From Octopus vulgaris (lineage: Eukaryota), in the NCBI GenBank assembly GCA_951406725.2, contig OX597824.1, positions 64,914,001-64,978,000 on the forward strand: DNA of 64,000 nucleotides, read 5' to 3'. Positions 54,204 through 64,000 of this stretch are shown here, piece by piece (position 1 is the stretch's first letter; each line of letters opens with the position of its first letter). The notes beneath the pieces are model-generated. The model ran no database searches. It was not told where the DNA came from and saw only the letters and a list, made by a program, of their open reading frames with translations. A program made the position numbers and the translations under genes.

Positions 54204-55057
54204 CCATATCCAACCAAAACGCAAACTGGAAATCAATCCACAAAGAGATCCACAATCAAAACTGATCTGACAGCCCGTCTGTACAAGACAATGACCTAAA
54301 ACTATGTCCCTTTACGTCGATTGTGCAAGCTATATACACCAAATATGTGCCAGAAAGAAAAGCCAGAGTACATATAAATAGAATCCCCAGAGGTAGGAAA
54401 ATCCTTATGAGACACAGCACAAAGATCTCAAACCAGTTAAATTGAAAACTGAAAGATAGTAGTAAAAAGGCTAAGTTAAGACAGATACTGCTGGAAATTG
54501 AAAACAAAATTAAACTCACCCATGAAAAGGTAAGAACAGAGAACAAGAAGAGAGCTGTAGAAAGCATAAAACAAGCCCCAAGGCTTTCTATAAATTTGCA
54601 AAGGAAACCGCCACAGTACTGTACAAAATTGTGTTATATGAATGCTCATACTGGACGCCATTGAATAGGACCGAAAGTACCGTCCAATGCATCTAATATA
54701 AGAACCAGGTACTAGGTTTCCGAGGACCACAGCTCTACAATGCTCTGCTAAAACAATTGAGAAACTTACACGATATAGATGTGGAAGTCTTCAAAAAGAA
54801 ACTAGACATTCTCCTATCCGCAATACCAGACGAATCAATGGGCCGACATGAGGCACAGTTGGCGGCTGCAGTATCAAATTCCCTTATACACCAGAGGCGA
54901 TCGACAATTTTGATGGGATCACATCAGTCGGAGGAGAGAAGCCACGGTAGGATTGTGGAGAGGGTGCAAAAATAAAGAATGAAAACAAATCATAGTAGTG
55001 CTCCAGCATGACCACAGCCACCTGGCTGAAACACATGAAAGAATAAAAGAAGAATAG
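54200..55057 (+). mobile_element. CR1-group LINE remnant, internally deleted, with 3' end
   Basis: AVESIKQAPR-FYKFAK; GPQLYNALLKQLRNL..VEVFKKKLDILLSAIPDE..AAAVSNSLIHQ C-terminus; then 3' UTR and AAAGAAT-type tail. Confidence 0.75.
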
Positions 55058-55116
55058 ATATGGCTTTAGTCCTCCTCATAGGGTGGATGTCAGCAGTTTT
55101 CCTAGGACCATACATT

Positions 55117-55363
55117 CTTTTCTTTTATTCTTTTATTTGTTTCATTCATTTTGTCTGCGGCCATGCTGGAGCACCGCATTCAGTCGAGCAAATCGACTCC
55201 AAAACTTGTTCTTTGTAAGCATAGTACTTATTCTATCGGTTCCTCTTGCCGAACCGCTAAGTTACGGGGACGTAAACACACCAGCATCGGTTGTCAAGCG
55301 ATGTCGGGGGGGGGCAAACACAGACATACAAACATATACACACACATACATATATATACATAC

Positions 55364-55431
<68 letters not shown>

Positions 55432-55567
55432 GATGGGCTTCTTTCAGTTTCCGTCAACCAAATCCACTCACAAGGCTTGGGTCGGCCTAAGGCTATAGTA
55501 GAAGGCACTTGCCCAAGATGCCACGCAGTGGGACTGAACCCGGAAGTATGTGGTTAGTAAGCAAGCT
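55117..55567 (-). mobile_element. SINE family B with expanded internal (TA)n
   Basis: Reverse complement of 50549-50942. Confidence 0.92.
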
Positions 55568-56274
55568 GTGTGAGAACTCGAAAGCATGGCTGTGTAGTTA
55601 AGAAGCTCGATTGGAAACTATAATTTTTCATATCCATTCCTGTAGCCTGACTTCTTCAACAAGTGTCTTCTTCCCCACTTACATCGAGTTTATCAAAACA
55701 TCGTGATACATGATAGACGGAAACTGTACGGAAGCCCACTAGAGAAATCGCTTTTGTTGTTAGGTGGCAGATGTAATTCGTCACTCAGTTTAACACCATT
55801 CTGTTGCATGTACGTGGACCTGCCATCTGCTCTGGGGATAACTTCGTCCTTCCCATCTACCATTCACGGAGGCCCTTAAAAGATCATGGCATCTAACTGA
55901 GTCATCTTATAATAATTCTGCTTGTCATTGCGTTGCTTAGCCCGTCGGTAGCGCTTTCATGTGATTAGAGAAAAGTAGGGAGACAGAAAATAGGGAAAGA
56001 GAAGCGTCCATGGTGTGGGGTAGAGGGAATGTAATTGTATCGCTTTCGCGTGATTAGTTGAAGGGAAAGAGAGGAGAGAGAAAAAGAGGATAAGGCGAAG
56101 AGTGACGCAGGAAGATGGAGAAAGAAAAACGAGAAGGAAGCTTCCATGACGTGAGGTAGGGAGAACGTAATATTTATTACGTGATTAAAAATGTTAGTTG
56201 AAAGTAGCGGAGGAGAGTTAAAAATATAATTTTAGTAGAGGGGTGATGTTCTGACGGTGAGGTTAAAGGAATGC

Positions 56275-56412
56275 AGAGAGAGAGAGAGAGAGAGAAACAG
56301 GAGAGAGAGAGAAACAGGAGAGAGAGAGAAACAGGAGAGAGAGAGAAACAGGAGAGAGAGAGAAACAGGAGAGAGAGAGAAACAGGAGAGAGAGAGAAAC
56401 AGGAGAGAGAGG
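56275..56412. repeat. 15-bp purine-rich minisatellite (GAGAGAGAGAAACAG)n
   Basis: About 8 units seen directly. Confidence 0.95.
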
Positions 56413-57577
56413 GGAGATGATGGCAGTGGTGGTGTATTCGTTTTTAATTGAACTAAGTTTTTTATATCACCTATCACTTAATGCATGCGCATAAGTGTTA
56501 TTCCGTGAAATATTTAAGCTTATTAACGTGGCAGATATATACATTTTAACTAAAGGTTGTATCATATGTACGGGATAATTTTTTTTCATTTTGTTTATGG
56601 GGAAAATGGAAAATAAGAGTCTATAAAATTGTGCGTAAAGTATATAAAGTGGAAAACAATGACATGAAAAACATTTATATCAAATACATTTCCACAAAGG
56701 TATAACCACTGAGAAAAGGGGGAAAAGGTTATTAGAGAGAAAAAGAACCCTTAATAATATTTAAAAAAACTGCCTATCAACAAATATTTATACGCATACT
56801 TCGATAACGTTCTTATTTACAATGACCACATATTATCGTCGTCGTCGTGATTATCATCATTATCATCATTATCATCATCATCATCATGGTTATCATCACC
56901 ATTATCACCGGGTTGAATCCTTATTCTTGTGACTCTCATATTCCCTGCATCTCTATCTCCCATGACATGATAGTTCTTCTCGATGATATCCATTGTTATC
57001 TCTTAACTGGCCGTCGTTTGTCTTCGCAGAGCGACCAACGCTATTCCCATTTGGAAGTATGCAAAGTAGTGGATGTCTCTAACCAGCTCCTTTTTTTCTC
57101 CCTAGCAGTGACTAAGAACACGAACTCTTCTTTCTCCAATGGTGTCTTATATTTTTTTTAGAAAATCTATTTTGCAATATTCTGTGCGGTTTTCTTCCCA
57201 GAGCATGCATACATCAAGTGTGCGTCGTTGTTGTTCATCTATTTGAGTATGTTTTGTCCTGAAAATAAAATAGAAGGATCTAAAAATCGTAGAAATAAAT
57301 ACAGAAATAAACTATATAGAAATATTCAAATTATGTGTTTGAAGCAGCTCAATAATGCAAACGTTATCAATATCACAGAATTTAATGTATGTGTGCTGTT
57401 AAAACACCAGGATCTGCGGTTTTTCGTATGACAAAGATCCTTTGTAAGACGTATAATGTTAAAAAAAAACATAGTATTGTATTTTTTAACACTATGCGTT
57501 TCTAAAGGAACCTTTCCCAAACGAAAAACTACAGCAAGTGGTGTTTTAACAACATACATACATTAAGTCATTAAGTG

Positions 57578-57759
<182 letters not shown>

Positions 57760-58409
57760 TGCATGTATGTATGCATGTATGCATGTATGTATAGATATAT
57801 ATGTTTATATATATATATCCATATAATTAACTTGTAAATATGTGTGTGTATGTATGTATGTATGTATGTATATATGTATGTATGTGTGTATTTATGTATG
57901 TATATATGTATGCATTGCACTTGAGCTGTGATAATGTCTAATATAGGCAAATCTGCCACCCTTAGCCCCGAGGCTTTGCAGTAATATATACCATAGTGAT
58001 AGCTATGGAGAATTTGGGGGATTCAGTAATCAATGGAATTAACTGCAACATGATTTTTGAATATTCCATGTATAACTGTAGAGATCGAAGTGAAGCTTCA
58101 GGTGTTGACACTGCTGTTAATTACAGAGAAGATATTACTGTACGCCGTGATCCTAGAACAGATATTAAGGAACATATGAATCATATAGATCACTGACCAT
58201 CTTATGGCTAAGAATCTAACTGACGTAGTTTACTGTCTCCCCATCACCACAATTATTAATAGAATGATATACAGATTCCAATGCTTTGAGATGTGGAATT
58301 TATATTATGCTTATTAGCGGCGCTTCCAAGAATATCCATCATCAAGAAAAGCTTAGCATTCCAACGGCAGACATTGCTGACAGTAGCACGCTTCATCTTA
58401 CTAGAAGCT

Positions 58410-58865
58410 AAATGTACTTCAGATCACATCCTAACGTCTAAAGAAAAGGATATCTGAGACAATGTAGTTGACCTGCTAGAAATAAGAGCCAAATCTCTTT
58501 CAGATCACATTCTAACGTCCAAATAAAGGGAAAGACATTTTAGACAATGTAGTTGACCTGCTAGAAATAAAAATCAAATTTCCTTCAGACCACATCCCTA
58601 CGTCTGGCCTGCAATAAATAGGAGCCAAATCTCTTTCAGATCACATTCTAACGTCTAAAAAATAATGGGAAAGACGTTTTCGGAAATGTACTTGATCTGC
58701 TAAACATAGCCAAATTTCTTTCAAATCACATCCTAACGTCTATATAAAGGGAAGGTCATTTTAAACAATGTAGTTTACTTACTAGGAATAGGAGCCAAAT
58801 TTCCTTCAGATCATAACCTAATGTCTAAAAAACGAAAAAGGGCATTTTCAAAAATGTAGTCCTAC
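58410..58865. repeat. Tandem array of a ~85-bp unit (5-6 diverged copies)
   Basis: Recurring CAATGTAGTTGACCTGCTAGAAATA..AGCCAAATCTCTTTCAGATCACATTCTAACGTC. Confidence 0.9.
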
Positions 58866-59370
58866 GTAACAATATAATCCTAAAAAGACGAAAAGTTTAT
58901 AGTTGGAATGCTGTTGACATAAATCTATTGGACCAGGGCTAATCTAGGTAAAAGTAACAACTGACTGTCATACTTTACACACATTGTAAATGAGCCAACA
59001 AGAGAAGTCTATGTTCTTAACCTGCTCTGGTAGTTTCAAGTCTAGATAAATCACATTATAAACCTCTACTGGAGAAACTCGATTCTCTACTGTTCCAGCA
59101 CTAGTCATCTAAAAAAAGCAAACAGTAGGGCCATGAAAGGTGGCCCTAAATTAAATGATTGTTCAACAATTTATCGTGAAATGTACCCCGAGAGGCATGC
59201 AGATGGGTTAAATGGGATATATAAATTCTGGGAAAACGCTTTCTAAAATAAAACCATCAGTGAAAAGGTGACTGACATACTTGGTTTCTATGAAAAATGC
59301 AGAATACTTTCTCGAAGTTAACCAAGCATATCGCAGCTACAATCATTCTCTCTGTATCTCTCTGTATCTC

Positions 59371-59412
<42 letters not shown>

Positions 59413-60140
59413 ACTCTCCCTCTCTTCTTTTCTCTGTCCCTCTGAAATGACAGCTCATATTTACGTACTTATCATAGCACATATTGTCACTACGAAACAA
59501 AAAGTCGATAGCTCTTACCAGAAGTTGGAAATAGGCTGAGAATTAAATGCGTATTCTGATAATGCTCAACCAACTTGCCTCAAACAAAAGTAATCTCTCA
59601 GAAATATAAGCTACCATAGTCTTGTCATCAACATCTTGTTTACATCACAGGAGAATGATTGCTGCAGCAATAAACAGTATTCTATGAAATGATCGAAAGC
59701 TACCAGTATAGTAATTTAGGATTATACAGTAACGTAGTGTGAAGGACGTTGCTCTATCAGAAATGTCATACATAAAACCTCACTTTCGACGCCTGATTCC
59801 AAGCCCTATACTGTAAAGGAGTTTCTTCAACGTGGCTATTTGTACATGGGAGAAACTCTTTAGCTACAATTAGTCTATATCTACCAATATCTAAGTTTGA
59901 CCGCTTGGAAAGCTGATTTAATGTACAAACACAATGCCTCAATTGCTATGTGAGGAAGCTCCTACCTAGATAGAAACCTTGCTGTCACTTTTCGAATTAG
60001 TTTCTAAAAACGTAACTAATTTCTTTTTGCTAATTCGTTCTATATCACAGTGATAGAGCTGCAATTTTTAATATCTGCTTTGCTTCATAGCTTGTAGATA
60101 AGAAGTATCTCCTTTTCAACTTTTGGGGAATTCTAAGAAA

Positions 60141-60274
60141 GCTTTGGAAAAGTATTTGAAAAGGTTTGAACAGAAACTTTTTGCAGGTTTTTCAGAAAAA
60201 TTATCGGGCTTTGGAAAAGTATTTGAAAAGGTTTGAACAGAAACTTTTTGCAGGTTTTTCAGAAAAATTATCGG
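60141..60274. repeat. Perfect 67-bp tandem duplication
   Basis: 60141-60207 is identical to 60208-60274. Confidence 0.95.
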
Positions 60275-61703
60275 GAAACAGTTAAAACTACTTGCCTTAG
60301 TTCAGGTTAATTTCAATCTCTGGCAGATTTTGTAGTTATTACATCTTTTATAACGATGTATTTTATAAATTTCTGTACAAAGTTATAGTATTTGTTGCGT
60401 ATTGAATCGTTCGAGATTCGCTTACCTTTCAAGAGTCTGTGATAAGTTATAAATGCACTAAGACTGTTCCTTTCACACAACTACAGAAAATTTTGGTGCT
60501 GCTTTATTTCTGTGGAAGCATTTTATTGTATCTTTAATTTATCCGAATAACATTCTGAAATTGGCTCCTTCCTAACAATGACTTTGACTTATGAGAATTT
60601 TACAACCCTTAGAAATGATATCTTTACGAACCTTGGCCTTCCTCTCTTAGACATAATCCATTCAACTGAATTCTTGATATAAACTGATTCACTTTCATGT
60701 CGTATATAGAGAGCGTAAATGGACAGTTCAGCTTTCTATTCTCATTCTTCATAGATTTCCATTCACCCTAGCAGAAATTCAAGCCGGAGAGAGTTAGAAT
60801 GCTTCAGATGAGTTGGGGAAGCTACAGGTCTTGTAAGGTCATTCGTTATGTTCAGGTAATATTACATAATTTTCTTCATATTATGAACGAATTCTACAAT
60901 ATCTAGTGTATGATATCTGCATTATTACTTCTAGTTAGATCTTTAATACACACATCTTTAATGCACCCTTATTTAACCAGTGTTTTATTACACAGATGAC
61001 ATATCTAGGATAGTTATTCTATAAACTTATATTTTTTATCAATATTTTACTGCTTTGCTTAATTGTTCTTCCTCAAATATTTCGGCAAATACAATGAAAG
61101 AAAATGCTTTGCTGATAAGAACAGAATGTCGGAACGTCCAGATTTTTCTCCAGTGCATAACAAAACAATTAACATAATATTGTTCATAGTTTAACATTAT
61201 TTTCCCTCACTGCATAAATATTTCTAATTAGCTTTTTAATCAATCATCTAAGCTATTGCTTACGTTTGAGTAGAAAAATTTATTCCTTGAATGTTAGGAT
61301 GATCAATAAGAAATTTTCTATGTCTGCAATCATTTGAAGCTGGGAAGAGTGAAAACGCCCCAAAAGAATATATTATCATAATGAGTTAATTTGATTAATA
61401 CTTCTATATTGTTGAGACTTTCCTTCAGTTTTGGGAATAAGTTTAGAAATCTAAAACCTAAGCCGTGGTTTTTGATAAGCAGTGTTATATGTCCAATTAG
61501 TGAATTACAAAATGAGTTTAAATATAGTGTATGTATGCTCATTTCTGTATGTATATGTTCATGGTGCTTCTCAGGTTAGTAAATCAGTTTCATCTGTTGG
61601 TCGTGTGTTTTTCCAGGAGGCTAAAAGGAACTTTCTGAAATGTCTGCATTTGTTGAAACTCTCGGATCATTTATCTTATACTATATCTTATATATATTAT
61701 AGT

Positions 61704-61739
<36 letters not shown>

Positions 61740-61809
61740 CATACATACATACATAGATAGATAGATACATACATACATACATACATACATACATACATAC
61801 ATACATACA

Positions 61810-61843
<34 letters not shown>

Positions 61844-62497
61844 CATAAATACATACATGCATACATACATATATGCATGCATGCATATAAGATAACTGGA
61901 AATATATTTGTGCAATCAATTATACGAATGACTCTTCAACAATATACAATGGAATAGATTTTTCATGATTTTCTTTTTTTCCTTGATAATCAGAAATGTA
62001 AACTTCCGCCTTTAGTGGTGTGTGTGTGTGTGCGTGCGTGCGTGCGCGCGAGTGTGTGTGTGTGCGTGTGTACCTTATATATGCATTAAGGAAAAGATAA
62101 TCTGATTATCTGAAGATAGTAGCATACTTGCTTGGGAGAATTCTTGATTTTTTATATTGTCACCCCTTCTCATTTGAAATTGGCCCTAAATACTATTACA
62201 CGATTCTTCTCTGGAAGCAGTGCCATCACGCGATTGTTATTCTCTGGAGGCGATTAGTTTTAATAAATAGAGAATTCATCTTGTATAGAATATACCATTA
62301 TTTGCCTGTTTTTGTTCAAATACATGCTACTGGCTACTCAAGAAGAAATCGGTACTGTTCACACTTGAAGGGTTTTACGTACCGCTAGGTTTAAAATTGC
62401 TTAGGGCGTACTGTGTGGCACGACGGTGCTGCTATGACTTTGTAAGGAGATGAAAGCCCAATAAACCTATATCTATATAGATAAATAAATAGATAGA

Positions 62498-62549
<52 letters not shown>

Positions 62550-62553
62550 TAGG

Positions 62554-62642
<89 letters not shown>

Positions 62643-64000
62643 GATAGATAGATACCAGGTGACCACAAAGTCACTCACCATGGGAGATATCAAGTATGCT
62701 TTATTAGCAATGAAGTAGATAATCCATTGCAAATGTTCAATATCTGCCTTCATCCAATGAAGATTGGTTTGTGATTATTATTTTTTTATTTCTTTATTAT
62801 TTCATAATTACCCTTTATTTATTTATAAAATTAATCTAATTTTTGTATCTCTATAAATTCTTAGTTATCTCATATAAAACTATACTGGTATATTCACTTT
62901 TTATTAAAAAAATACTGCTTAGATTAAAATTTTATTAATATATAATTAGCATGTTCCTTTGCCCCAATACTCCTTTATTAATACTAGTATATACCAATTA
63001 ATCAATATTCACAGACACCATCTGATTAGTTAGTATTTAACTATACAATATGTATAAACATTAAACTATTTCTGGATAATTTCTTTTCTTCCCTCTATTG
63101 TAGTAAAAGTTTGGTGTATACTCAAAAGTATTCATAAATTTCAATCCTTTTGTTATAATATTCTTCTTAATAATCCTTTGAATAACTCTAAACTTTAACT
63201 GTATACAATATAGTAACATTGTTTAGAATATTTAACTATAGTACCACATGATAAGACTTCCCCTGTTTCATTATCAATAGTCTGCTAGTGGACGATCCCC
63301 TTAATTATCAGCTAACATCTTGTTTTAAGTTTTCCTTTACTAAACCTCATGATATTGCTTATAATAAATCTTGATTTTTATAACTATACCAACTATAATG
63401 TATGTCTACTCCCTCAGCCCTACTCCTAACAGATACTGCCCTCTGTTCTCTCAGCCTTAGATATACAAGGGACATACAAGACAGGCAGAGTCTTCTTGAT
63501 AATTTTAGTAACTTCTATGCTGAAGTAGAGACAACAAGTTCTTTGTCTATCTCCTTAACTTCTTGGAGATTTTAGGTATAATTATACTAATGAGTCCATC
63601 TGTTCTAATTTAATTAAATTCTATGTCTTTGTGAAGCTGAAGATTGCTCTACATTTTAAATTGATGTAATGATTGCATTGTTCAGTTAAATGGAGTGGCA
63701 TGAAACGATTGTACTGTATTACCTCTGGTATCCTTGTTGCTTATTTTGATTATATATATATATATATATGGGTTTGTTGGCACTGTTAGTTACGAGCCGA
63801 TCTTCGAAAGGGTATGTTCTTACTTTCAGTGTTTCCAAATCCAAACCAAGGAGTTTTGAGCTGATGATAGAAGTGTTGTTTTGACTAATCTTGAAACGTA
63901 CGTTCTCAAATAACCTTAGCATTTGATTTTTTAATGTCCTTACCCCAAACTTTTGTGGGTTGAATTAAGCAAACGCTATATATGAGAGAGATTTTCTTTA

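Noticed and set aside
57910-58200. 66-aa ORF in complex sequence
   Set aside because: No recognisable domain or splice signals; origin unresolved.
59900-64000. Possible ancient LINE remnants (SKRGRPR on minus strand ~60640; DPLNYQLTSC on plus strand ~63300)
   Set aside because: Motifs too sparse and strand-inconsistent to assign boundaries or family without a profile search.

Overview
AT-rich, microsatellite-saturated animal genomic DNA. The SINE families and repeat landscape look like an octopus (coleoid cephalopod) genome; this is pattern recognition, not a database result. One host gene is supported: a + strand globin (neuroglobin/globin X-like), with exon 2 at 5018-5243 and the terminal coding exon at 30703-30834, separated by a 25,459-bp intron. 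Exon 1 was not found and probably lies upstream of the window. The rest is transposon debris: R4/Dong-type LINEs (several in (TAA)n tracts, one with an open ORF running off the left edge), L1/Tx1, RTE and CR1-group LINE fragments, Penelope-like elements, Tc1/mariner/maT, hAT and pogo remnants, a Helentron-like element and four tRNA-derived SINE families. The most interesting non-coding signals are several minimal hammerhead-ribozyme-like motifs (two in the sense strand of the globin intron), a LINE 3' end sharing its tail with one SINE family, and an 18-bp minisatellite that varies like coding sequence. Almost all ORFs in the supplied track are microsatellite artefacts. Repeat boundaries are approximate unless stated.
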